NCBI GenBank assembly: GCA_965603825.1 | Contig: CBFDEM010000026.1 | Location: 62,001 to 126,000 of the forward strand | From: Blepharisma stoltei ATCC 30299 | Taxonomy: Eukaryota; Protista; Ciliophora | DNA length: 64,000 nt | Direction: 5' to 3' | In this document: piece after piece, positions 12,990-24,550 of the stretch | Layout of the letters: each line of letters starts with the position of its first letter | Numbering within the stretch: the stretch's first letter is position 1 | Made by a program: the position numbers and the translations under genes | Notes under the pieces: model-generated | Seen by the model: the letters and a program-made list of their open reading frames with translations, nothing else | What the model was told of the DNA's origin: nothing | The model's database searches: none

Positions 12990-13510
12990 GAATATGGCAA
13001 CAGAAAGTGCAGGTGAGACTGATGGGATTTCTCTTTAAAAAACGAATGCCTTACTCATATTCTTTCAGAAATAGTTTATCTTCAATCAAAGAGTCCATGC
13101 ATAGAATTAAATTTTCGCAGAAATTCCAAAATTCCCACATTTTGTCAAGTAATTTTTCGAAAAAGCTGACGATTCGACTTGAGATGAATTCACACATGGG
13201 CTTAATTCAGCTGGAGATATGGTCTTGTTTCAAGCTGGTTATAGATTCATTTTCAGAGTTTCAGCTGGACGGTTTAATCTATTTATAAACGACTGAAAGT
13301 TGAGTTTAATAGGCTAATCATCGAGTTTGATCAGTATTCGCAAAGTGTGGTTGATGGCCAAATTAATGTGATTATAGGAGTTTTGGGTGTTTTTATTGAG
13401 ATTTCGTTTATTATGTGCTTTTGGATTTATTTGCTATTTTATTAGAAGAAAAAAGTATTTGAGGAAAATTAAATCTTTGATGAAAATAATTCCATATCCC
13501 GAATATAATA
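12990..13510 (+). pseudogene. Decayed C-terminal fragment of a multi-pass membrane protein
   Basis: Coding-like composition with broken frames; ends in a TM segment IIGVLGVFIEISFIMCFWIYLLF followed by KKYLRKIKSLMKIIP. Confidence 0.4.
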
Positions 13511-13789
13511 AGTATTTATAAAATCTAGCTTTTCCTACATTAGTGATTTATCTTTTTTCTTTAAATATCAATAATAGTAATATTTAGAGAGCTCAAAATT
13601 TTAGCATGTTGTAAAAAAGAAATATATTGCAGCGTGCGTCGACTATTATTGATAAAAATTAAATTCCATGAAACATTTTAAAAATAATTTTTTAAAATTT
13701 TTATATGCAAACGATAAATATAAACAAACTTTTTTATAAATTACTAATTAAGAAAAAGGAATTAATTATCCTTCTAAGAGTCCTGCTCA

Positions 13790-14460
13790 AAGCTGAATTT
13801 AAGTCTGATTGGGAGTTGGCTTAGAATAAGATCAGTTCTTATCTGTAGCTGGCTTGCCGTTTGTGAGTGAATTTGCCAAGTATGGTCGCGATAGCCTGGT
13901 TATCCGTAGTTGTTGCTTTTAAGTTGCTGATTTTTAGAGTCTTTGCCAACGGATAGGCGAAGTCGACAATAATGTTTGGAGAGACAAAGCTAAACTTGTA
14001 CCCAACTGAGTCAACTCTGCAGGAATTTCCAGATTGAGAAATTACATCAGCGCATTTAAAGCAAGTAGGACTAGCGTTGCAAGAAGTGCATGAGTCACAA
14101 GCTAAATAAAAGTTACCTAAGCAACTTGTAGAAGAGCCGCTATTATAGAGGAAAAAGTTTGGATTGCATTGAGTGCATACCTTTTCTGGTGTTCATAATG
14201 CACAATTGGGAGGGGATTCTGTATAAAAATTACTCGAGACACAAGTAAGTCCTTGGAGATCAAAATTAGTTTTACATTGACACTTATTCGCAAGGACGCC
14301 ATTTAGATCATTGCAAGACGAGCACACTCCATCATTTGCAGAGCATGTGCAAAGTGCCGGGCATGGGCAAGCTGTTGAGCTCAAGCATCCCACATCGGAG
14401 TGACAATAAGTATTGCAAGAAGCTGGACAAGTCGAAGTTGTAGCATTATAAGTAGCTATC
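13790..14460 (-). pseudogene. Fragment of a Cys-rich (furin-like repeat) surface protein
   Basis: CPASCNTYC...CSSCND...CQCK..CTSCNASPTCFKC; 15-nt intron at 14102-14116 (gtaacttttatttag); no credible start or end. Confidence 0.6.
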
Positions 14461-14678
14461 AGAAATTTTGAATTTTTAATAAATTTAGCCCTTGTTTGAC
14501 GCACGTAGGTGACTTATCTTACAACATTTTATTAGAGAACCCAATTCTGAGTAACTAAAAGAAACATGCGGCAAAATAAGTGAAACAAGAGTAAAGAAAA
14601 TGCCTATGGGGTGCCATATAAAACTTCTCAATAATCTAAGAGTGTCGGCAAAATTAAAAATTCGGGAATATTTAAAAA

Positions 14679-14950
14679 ATGGTTGAATTGACACTTCTTC
14701 CTGATGAGGATGCTTGCCCAATTAGTAGAAAGATTATGGAAGACCCTGTAATTGCTGCTGATGGAGTCATCTATGAGCATAGAGCAATAATTATCTATTT
14801 TGAAAATAATAACGTCTCTCCAGTAACTTTTTAAGAATTTGAAAATAAAGAAATTGCTACGAATTTTACCTTGCTAGAAAATTTCTATGGAGAAATTGCT
14901 TATAATTCTTTCTAAATAAACTAATAGAGCCTATCTAAATAAAATAGCTA
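14679..14950 (+). pseudogene. Internally deleted U-box/ApoL-like copy
   Basis: U-box start nearly identical to the 15294 gene, with a premature TAA at 14832. It is joined directly to sequence matching the stop/3' flank of copy A (ttataattcttYctaaataaacta). Confidence 0.8.
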
Positions 14951-15293
14951 AATTTAAATCTCAATTAAAATATGCTTATATTTTTTAGCTTTAATTATTT
15001 AATGCAAGCATAGCCTCTTCAAGAAAATTACACTGGTTTCATTCTCTCTAAAACAAAATAGAAAATAACCGGCCAATTTTTATAATGTAGAAAGATCTAA
15101 AAAAATTAATGAATATTCATAAGAGATATCCATAAACTAATAAACTATGCTAGCATATATCATTTGCTGAAGACTAAAAGCTAAAGAAACATAACCCTTT
15201 CGTGAAAGTAAATAAACCGAAATATTAGTTTTCCATTTATGTAGAAACTAAGTTCACAAATTTCGCAAAAACATAACTAGAATATATATAAAA

Positions 15294-16473
15294 ATGGTTG
15301 AACCTACACTTATTCCTGAAGAGTATGCTTGCCCAATTACTAGACAAATCATGGACGACCCTGTAGTTGCTGCTGATGGATTCACCTATGAGCGTAGAGC
15401 AATAACTATCTTTTTTGAAAATAACAACATCTCTCCAGTAACTTTTAAAGATTTTAAAAATAAAACTCTTGTCACGAATTTTACCTTGCTCTCCAAAATT
15501 TCTAAATTCAAAATGCTAAGGAGTTCAATAGCAACTTCTCAAACTAATGAAATTGAAAACGTGGTTACCTGCACGAGAAACATGATTAACGCTAAAGAAG
15601 TTAAGTTAGATTTATAAGAGTTTAGCGTCACTATTATGCAGCCTATACAGGCTTCCGTCCCTGATTCAGATTAGCCACTTATCCTAAGCAGGATAGATAA
15701 ATACACCATTATTCCCATGATAGATTTGGGTGAGGCAAAGCTTTATAAAAATTGGCTACAGAGAATTTTCTTGCAAAAAAGCTGGATGAAGTTATATTAT
15801 AAAGGCTAAAGAACTTTACGTTGAAAAAATTCGGATATCAATAGCCACTTTGACTAAAATAAAAAAATCTTTGAAAAAGGACTTGCGAAATTGTAAAATA
15901 GTAAACACTAGTGGAAACAGTGCGAGTATTGTGGGGACAGTCCTTCTTTTTACCCCTTTATCCTTAATTGGGCTGTTGACTTTAGTTGTAGGAGGTGCAA
16001 CTTCTATAGGAACCTCTATAACCCAATATTGCATTGAAAAAGATACAGCCAAGCAACTAAAAAAAGCATTATTGGAAGAGGAAAAAGCAAAACTCATTTA
16101 TGAGGTCGAAAAGGTTAAAGTCAGATTTTTTGTAGAAACTGCAAACTCCATAACTAAAGCTGCTATGATTACTACGAGACTTCAGAAAATTATAACTGCT
16201 TGTGAAGTTTTATTAAATGCCACTAGCGCTGTAAAGACTTCAACTACTGCTGCGTCTGCAGGAGGAGTGCTGTCAAAGATCATTACTGCTGGAAAATATT
16301 CTAAAGGTTTTGCATATGCAGGTGCAGCAATCTCTGCAATAGATATTGTTTTAACATGGACACTTGATAATGAAACGCTTGAAGAATTCAAGAGTCAAAT
16401 TAAGAATAAAAAAATGTTACTCAATGAAGAGAGCAGAGAGCTTCGGGATTTAAAAATTATCTCCCCAAGATAA
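15294..16473 (+). CDS. U-box + ApoL-like protein, copy C, interrupted by an insertion at ~15600-15804
   Basis: Removing 214 nt (insert + one repeat) or 205 nt (GT..AG) restores one ORF (MINAKELYVEKIRISIATLTKIKKSLKKDLRNCK) collinear with paralogs. Confidence 0.75.
15591..15813. mobile_element. 205-nt insertion flanked by a 9-bp direct repeat GCTAAAGAA (IES-like or TSD-flanked)
   Basis: GCTAAAGAA at 15591-15599 and 15805-15813; the insert starts GT and ends AG; no clear TIR. Confidence 0.65.
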
Positions 16474-17162
16474 ATAATATCTTTAACTATTCTTCCAAAT
16501 TTAATTATTAATTAGCTAATTATGAGAAAGAGATTAGTCTGCTTAAGCTGCAGTTTTAAATTGCTAAATTAGCCCTTTTCAAATAGAATTTTTTAGTCTC
16601 ATTTTAGGAGGTGGTAACTATTTTTAGTTATTTAATATGCTGGGAAATAGTGTTAAGCTTTTCATCACTTTTTAAGGCATTATATAGTGAAAAATATTTT
16701 ATCATAAACTAGGAATTGAATTAGGCTATGCCTAATAAATAATGATAAATAAATTGATAAAAAATTGTAAATATCTATAAATTATTTAAAACAGCACAAT
16801 CTATTTGTGTGAATGCTATTTTTGAAATAACTGATAAAATAGAACTTATATTTTATATTTTATCAGAAATAAATTGATTTTCCATTTTTGTAGATTCAAC
16901 AGACATTTTATTACCAAAAATAAGCTCTTACTCACCCTAAATCCCTGATTGAACTGTATCATCCTAAAAATTGGAAAAATTTACTATTCTTGATTGATAA
17001 ACAATTTTCACACAAGAATGATACCCACCCTAGTTGCAATTTTTGATAGTAATTAATATAGCTTAAAATTTTCAAACTCATCATAGTATTGACTAGGGCA
17101 TTCTTAATTATAAAATTCAGTAAAGGTTCATAAATTATATTAGAGATTATAATTTTTTTCCT

Positions 17163-17783
17163 ATGAGACTCAATAATAATATTTCAAAGAGAAAGCATTA
17201 CATTTGCACAGTCAGGGATTCTAAAAATCATCTGGTCGCTATCAAAAAAGAGCTTAAAAAGGATCTTAAGAAATGTAGAGTTTTCAATACCCTAGGAGCC
17301 GTTACAAGCATTCTAGGGACTGCGCTTATTTTTACCCCTTTAACACTTTTAGGCGCTGGAGCTGTAATTTTAGGAGGAGGGACTTCTATTGGATCAAAAA
17401 TAGTTCGAAGAGTACTTGAAGGCGATGCACTTGAAGAAGTAAGAAAAGTATTGATAAAAGAAGAAAAAGCACAAATTTCTTGCGAAATTTCAGAAGATGA
17501 ATTCGATCATTTCATGTTAGGACTCGAAAGTATTGTATTTCAAGTGGGTCTGCTTGCTACAACAGCACTTAAAAGTATAGATTTTACAAACTCAAAAGTT
17601 GTAAAAAAAGCTCAGATGAACTTTGCAGAGGGAACTATCAGGCTATCAACTATTGATATAATTGCAACATGGGTAATAGAGAGTGCAACTCTGAGAAAAA
17701 TTAAGGAGGAAATTAAGAAAAGAGAGAAAATAATTGACGAGATGGTGAAAGAGATTGAGTATCTTGAGAGACTTTGGCCTTAA
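17163..17783 (+). CDS. ApoL-like-only paralog lacking the U-box (206 aa)
   Basis: CRVFNTLGAVTSILGTALIFTPL...GGGTSIG and STIDIIATW motifs shared with the family; no U-box in frame. Confidence 0.65.
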   Translation: MRLNNNISKRKHYICTVRDSKNHLVAIKKELKKDLKKCRVFNTLGAVTSILGTALIFTPLTLLGAGAVILGGGTSIGSKIVRRVLEGDALEEVRKVLIKEEKAQISCEISEDEFDHFMLGLESIVFQVGLLATTALKSIDFTNSKVVKKAQMNFAEGTIRLSTIDIIATWVIESATLRKIKEEIKKREKIIDEMVKEIEYLERLWP

Positions 17784-18257
17784 TTTAACAATTGACCATA
17801 AATTCCTTATAGATATAAAATATTCTTCAATGGTTCCCATATCTATTTCGTTTTTATATATTTAAATACATGTCAGATTTATAATTATAAGCAACTACCT
17901 AATTTGTATGAGTCGGTGCGAACTCTAAGCAAATTCCTACTCTTATTTGCTTGAAAATCGTTTTCATAAAATCTCTGGTAAATATAATCTGAAAATTCAG
18001 CTAGATAGATTATAGACTTTGAATGAAAGATTATAAAAAATTTTAAAAAAGACCTTAAAAACGCTCAGTCATAGAGGATTTTTACATATGACGATTTAAG
18101 CAGCATTCTAAATACCAATTATTCGTTTAAAGTAGAAAAGAAGCATTAGCATTTTGCTTACTATTTTATCAATAAAAATTAAATTCCATTTTTTTGTAGA
18201 TTCCATAAATCATAAATTTACATAAATTGCAAATCCCTAATAATAATTTCCTATATT

Positions 18258-19180
18258 ATGGTGGAGTCCGATCATATTCCTAAAAACTTTCTATGCCCAA
18301 TCACTCAAGAGATAATGGATGATCCTGTAGTTGCTGCTGATGGGCACACTTACGAAAGGACAGCAATTCTGCTATGGTTTGAAAAAAGTAATACTTCGCC
18401 TATGACTCTAAAAGATTTTAGAAATAAAGAACTTACCGAAAACTGCCGTCTCCGTTTATGATATCTGAATATTTAGCTAAAACTCATCGGAAAACAACCT
18501 CTTCAGAAGAATTTGAAGGTGCCAGCAGCTTAATTTCCAAGAAAAAATTTTATCTACTCAAACTTAGAATTACAAGAGACTATCTAACTGATTTAAAAAA
18601 TGACCTTAATAACCACCTTCTCAATTGCAAAATTTCCAATACCGTTGGAAACGGTGTCACTATTGCAAGCACTCCACTTATTTTTACTCCTTTGTTCATT
18701 GTAGGTATAATAGGCGCCATTGCAGGTGGGATAACCTCATTAGGAACCTCAATAACTCAGCACTTCATAGAGAAAGGCAAGCTCAAAAGCATGAAAGTAG
18801 TTTTAATTGAAGAAGAAAAAGCTGCAATCCGCTATCAAATCTCTGAATATAAAGCCAAACTTTTTGTAGAAACCGCAATTGGTATTAATCAAATTGTAAG
18901 ATGGGTTCAGGCAATGCAAGCAGCCAGGATTGCAAATGCTGCTATAAAGCCTACTGCAAATGCGATTTCTGGAGGAAATGCATTGTCAAAAGTGATGACA
19001 GTTGGGAAATTTTCGAAAGTTTGTGCAGTTGCAGGAGTCGCCATATCGACTATTGATATCGTCTTGACGTGGACGATGGATAATTCGACACTAGAATTAA
19101 TAAATAATGAGATTGAATACAGAGATAAAATGATTGAGGCTCAGATGAAAGAGCTTGAAGACTTGGAGTCTTTAGATTAA
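18258..19180 (+). pseudogene. U-box + ApoL-like copy with a 1-nt frameshift (pseudogene or assembly error)
   Basis: ctccgtt-tatgatatct versus ctccgttctatgatatct in copy B at ~18457; otherwise open. Confidence 0.75.
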
Positions 19181-19649
19181 TATAATAATTGCAATGCTTT
19201 TTGCGATTTTTTTAGTAGAGGTCCAGGTTTTGCTTTTCTTAATTTTGAATTTATTTATTTTCTGATGGTATCTGAATTATTTAGGCTAATGAAATAGATT
19301 GCTCTCAAATATATGCAAATTTAAGATTTTTAAATCCAAAAAAAGTTTTTTATAAAGATTTTCCTTTTAAAACATTTTGCTCACTCTTTAAGAGGGCATT
19401 GATAAAATAAATTCCATATGCTAAGAGCGATTTATTGATTTTATGTTTTCATTATGGTAAATATGGACTTAGAATATTTCTTTTATTCCACACTCAATAC
19501 AATTTTAGGTTAAAATATAATTCTACTGTATTCATTGTATTTTAACAATTTAAAATATAAAATTCCAGATTTAGAGTAGCATGAGCTACCTCACCTCTTT
19601 GCATATTTCTTTCGAAATTGCTATTTGTCATAAACATTATCTCTTGAAT

Positions 19650-19801
19650 CTGGAGTTATAATATCAAGTATCGATATCGTGATGATTTGGGTGATGAATA
19701 ACTCGACCCTAGAAGAAGTTAAGAACGAAATTGATTTGAAAAAGAGGATGATTGAAATTCAGATGAGAGAGCTTGCAAATCTAAAAAATTTTATAGATTA
19801 A
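19650..19801 (+). pseudogene. C-terminal fragment of an ApoL-like paralog
   Basis: GVIISSIDIVMIWVMNNSTLEEVKNEI..., homologous to 22713-22860. Confidence 0.75.
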
Positions 19802-20182
19802 ACTAATAATCCTGATGTGATATAGCAATAGCAGCGATTTTTACATAAATTTGTGAATGATTAATAAAAATGATTTATATATTTTCAATTTTTTTGCCAA
19901 TTGGAAATTTATTTCTTGATTATTTTCAAACATCATCAAACACATATTATATGAATTCCTAAGTTATGCAGACATAAAAGCTTTTACAAAAATGAATTTT
20001 TTATCGCTATTAAGATTAAATTCAATAAAAACAGTCCATTAAAAAGCCAAAAAGTAAATTTTATATAATTAAATCAGCTATGCATATAAAAGAAAATAAA
20101 TAATTGCTTTTACCAATTTAATAAGTTAAAATTATAAAGAGATAAGTTTTCCATTTTTTGTAGATCTGTATTTTAATTGATT

Positions 20183-21151
20183 ATGGTTAAGCCAGCCTCT
20201 ATTCCTAAGAATTATTTATGTCCCATAACTCAAGAAATCATGGAAGACCCTGTTGTTGCTGCTGATGGATTCACATATGAGCGCAAAGCCATAATGCTTT
20301 GACTTGAGCGCAACGATATTTCTTGAGCGACTGAGAAAAAATTGAAACATAAAGACCTTGTCACAAATGACCGCCTTGCCTCTGAAATTTCTAAATTTAA
20401 TGAAAAAAATCCATCTCCAGACTCTTTAGAAGATAAAGCAGTTACTAGTATAGTACAGTGCCTTGAAAACAAAAGACTCCTTATTGCTCAGCTGCGGATT
20501 AGTATTGTAAAACTAACTGCTGTCCAAGAAGATCTCAGCGAACACTTGCTTAACTGTAAAATTTCCAATACAGCTGGAAATAGTGCAAGTATTGCAGGGA
20601 CTGGTATACTTTTTACCCCTTTGGCTCTAATAGGGATCGTAACTATTATTGCGGGCAGTTTAACTTCTATCGGAACAAATGTAACCCAATTTTTCATAGA
20701 GAAAAGCCTGCAGAAAAGAATGAAAAAAATTATAAAGGAAGAAGAAAAAGCTAAATTCCGCTATGAAGTTTCTCAAATGAAATCCCAATATTTCATTGGT
20801 CTGATGAATTTTGGAACAAATTGCTACCAAGTTGGCTCAAGAATATGGAAAATCATGAAGTACGCTCAGCTTTTTGAAGGCTTAAAAGCTACAAATATGA
20901 CTACTAAAAGCGTATTGGGCATTGGGGGCTGGTCATCAGCAGCAGCAGCTTGCAAAGGGACGAAGTTTGCATTATCCTCAGCCTTTGGGGCTGGACTATC
21001 TGCAGTTGATATTATAATCACATGGACATTTAAAAATTCAACATTGGAACAATTTAAAATACAAATAGATAATAGAGAAAAACACATTGAATTGTATACG
21101 AAAGAACTTGAAGATTGGGAAAAATCGTTGCCAAATGAATGGAAAATTTAA
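20183..21151 (+). CDS. U-box + ApoL-like protein (322 aa)
   Basis: ATG 20183 [39 protein letters not shown](TGA=W)L, in frame with ORF 20342. Confidence 0.85.
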
Positions 21152-21551
21152 TGCAGCAATGCCACTAAGGAAATAATTAATTAAAGTTAGCTTTAATATT
21201 AAAGCTTTCTAAAAATATATATAAATTAAAAATTATGATGAAATAAATAAAATGCTTGCAGATAAGGTGGAATTATGGCTTGGGGAAGTACTTGATCAGC
21301 AAAGCATATTAATAAAATTAAATAAAAATAAATAAGTGCATATATTGAGGCATATTTGAAACAAAAGTTTATAAATCAGAAAATCCTGAAAATTCTGACT
21401 TAATTAATAAAAGCTGGTGTATCCATTTTTTTAAAAGAAGTATTAGCATTTTGCTTACTATTTTATCAATAAAAATTAAATTCCATTTTTGTAGATTCCA
21501 TAAATCATAAATTTACATAAATTACAAATCCCTAATAAAAATTCCTAAATT

Positions 21552-21845
21552 ATGGTGAAGTCCAATAATGTTCCTGTAGATTTTCTATGCCCAATCACTA
21601 AAGAGATAATGGAAGATCCTGTAGTCGCTAGTGACGGGTACACTTATGAAAGGATAGCATATGGTTTGAAAGAAGCAATACTTCGCCTTTGGCTCGAGAA
21701 GATTTTAGAAATAAAGAACTTACTGAAAACCACCGTCTCCGTTCTAAGATATCTCAATATTTAGATCAACTTCATCGGAAAACAACCCCTTCAAATTAAG
21801 TTGAAGATGCCAACAGCCTTGTTTCCAAGAAAAAATATTATCTAA
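21552..21845 (+). pseudogene. Truncated U-box copy (type of the 18258/11679 genes)
   Basis: Small deletion after YERIA shifts the frame; TAA at ~21797; homology ends at ~21845. Confidence 0.8.
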
Positions 21846-22137
21846 GATTTGATTTACTTTGGATAATATAAATATAAGTCGCTTTTAAAATTAAAACCAT
21901 CATGACATAAAGCCTTAAGAATTGACTGCTTTGTGACATCTTTCTCCTTATTTATCTCGAAATTACTAAAATGGTGGTAATCTGTGTTGACCTATAAAAG
22001 GAGTTTTATAATTTCAATTAAATGCTGGGTGTTTGTATAGTAGTCATCCAAATCACCATCTCTGCTCCATAATTTCTCTATTTAATGACATTGCCAACAG
22101 AAAAATCTGCTGACGTCCACAATCTGTTGACTTAAGT

Positions 22138-22919
22138 CAATCTATCGAGGCTCCTTTGGCTTCCGAAGAGCTCAGCAAAGTGGTTTCCACTATGCAAAGC
22201 GCAATTTCTAAGAAAAAAATATATAAGCTTCATCATAATTTATATCATTCATCTAAACGATATCAAAGAAGACCTAGAAAATAGCCTATTTGATTGCAAA
22301 ATCTCCAACACTGTCAGAAATAGCGCAAGCATTGCAGGAACCGGTCTTCTTTTTACTCTATTAACCTTATTGAGCCTTAATTGCTGGCAGTTTAGCTTCT
22401 TAAGGATCCACCATAGCCCAACATTTCATAGAGAAAAATAAGCTTAAACAAATGAAACAAGTTTTAACTGATGAAGCAAAAGCTGCAGTCTGCTATGAAG
22501 TCTCTGAAATTAAAGCTCAATATTTTGTAGAAACCGCAAGTTGTGTAACGAAAGCCGTCATGATCGAGGCAAGAATTGAAAAAATGGCAAGTCAGTTGCA
22601 GACTTTGCAAGCTGTAAGAGTTGGTAATATTGCTGCGGAGCCTGTAATAAAGTTGTGAGTGATGAGGGAGTATTGGTAAGGTGCTGGGAAATTGCCGAAA
22701 TATTGTGCAATAGCTGGAGTTACAATATCAAGTATCAATATCGTGATGACTTGGGCGATGAATAACTCGACCCTAGAAGAAGTTAAGAAGGAAATTGATT
22801 GCAATGAGAGGATAATTAAAATGCAGATGAGAGAGCTTGAAAACCTAGAAAAATCTATAGCTTTAGCTAATAATCCTGCTGCAGTTGTGAAAACGTCGAA
22901 ATTCATTTCTAGGTATTAG
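22138..22919 (+). pseudogene. Decayed ApoL-like portion of a family member
   Basis: DIKEDLENSLFDCKISNTVRNSASIAGTGLLF..., with multiple frameshifts and stops. Confidence 0.8.
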
Positions 22920-23227
22920 ATTATGATTTTTATATAAATTTGTAATAATTAGCTTAATGACGGTTTAAAATAATCAAGAAATAAAATTTCAATTGACAAA
23001 AAATTTGAAAATATTTAAATTACTTTAAGTATACAGACATAAAACTCTTTATAGGCTAAATTCAATAAAAACAGTCCATTAAAAAGCAATTTTATATAAT
23101 TTAATTAGCTATACATATATAAGAAGAATAAATAGTTATCATATGCGATTGCTTTTATCAATTTAATAAGTTAAAATTATAAAGAGATAAATTTCCATTA
23201 ATGTAGATAATGCATTGTAATTTAATT

Positions 23228-24190
23228 ATGGTTGAGCCAGCTTCGATTCCTAAGAACTATTTGTGTCCAATAACTCAAGAAATCATGGAAGACCCTGTTG
23301 TTGCTGCTGATGGGCGCACGTATGAGCGAGCAGCCATAATGCATTGATTTGAGCGCAACGATATTTCTCCAGTGACTGGGAAAAATTTGAAACATAAAAA
23401 TCTAGTCGAAAATTGCCGCCTTGCCTCTAAAATCTCTAAATTTAATGAAAAAAATCCATCTCCAGACTCTTTAGAAGATAAAACAGTATCTAGTGTAGAA
23501 AAATGCCTCGAAAATAAACGAGCCTACATCCTTAATCTGCGGACTACTATAATTTATCTAACTGATATCCAAGAAGATCTCAGTAGACACTTGCTTAACT
23601 GCAAAATTTCCAATACAGCCGGAAACAGTGCAAGTATTGCAGGGACTGGTATGCTTTTTACCCCTTTAGCTCTCGTAGGAGTCGTAACTATTGTTGCGGG
23701 CAGTTTAACTTCTATCGGAACAACAGTAACCCAATATTTCATAGAGAAAAGCCAACTGAAAAGAATGAAAAAAGTTTTATTAGAAGAAGAAAAAGCTGCT
23801 GTCCGCTATGAAGTTTCTGAAATGAAATCCCAATATTTAATTGGTCTGCTAAGTTTTGGATTAAAAAGTTACCAAATTGGCTCAAGAATATGGAAAATCA
23901 TGAAGCACACTCAGCTTTTTAAAGCCTTAAAAGCTGTAGATGTGACTATTTTTTCTGCTAAAAGCGTATTAGGCATTGGAGGCTGGTCATCAGCAGTAGC
24001 AGCTTGCAAAGCAACGAAGTTTTTAAAAGTTTCAGCCTTAGGGGCTGGGCTCTCTGCATTAGATATTGTATTCACATGGGCTGTAAAAAATCCAACATTG
24101 GAAGAATTTAAAATACAAATTGATAATAAAGAGAATCTCATTGAAAAGGAGATAAAAGAACTTGAAGAATTGGAGAATGCGTTGGCATAA
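23228..24190 (+). CDS. U-box + ApoL-like protein (320 aa)
   Basis: ATG 23228 ...TYERAAIMH(TGA=W)FERNDISPVTG, in frame with ORF 23372; ends TAA. Confidence 0.87.
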
Positions 24191-24550
24191 ATCAAGCAAA
24201 GCTTAATGCAGCAATGCTGCTTTTAAATAATAAATTAAAAATGATTCTTTTCCTTTTTTTGAAAATTTAAGGAATAGCCTTAATATTAAATGTTTCCAAG
24301 AAAGCTTTCTAAAAATATTTATAAATTAAAAAAATTATGATAAAAATGATTACAGATAAGATGAAATTATGGCTTGGGAAGGTACTTGACCAGCAAAGCA
24401 TTGAAAAATTAAATAAAAATAAATAAATGCATATATTGAAGCATATTTGAAATAAAAGTATATAAATTAGAAAATCCTGAAAATTCTGACTTAATTAATA
24501 AAAAGCTGGCGCATCCATTTTTTTAAGACCAATGCATAAGGATTTTAAAT

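Larger units (their letters stand above)
19650..21435 (+). repeat. Direct segmental duplication; partner ~22713-24525
   Basis: Gene fragment, intergenic DNA, full gene and downstream AT-rich DNA all align, e.g. gaaaatcctgaaaattctgacttaattaataaaa. Confidence 0.85.

Noticed and set aside
18440-18480. Programmed ribosomal frameshift between the U-box and ApoL-like parts
   Set aside because: Alignment to copy B shows a simple 1-nt deletion; no Euplotes-type AAA-TAR site at the junction.
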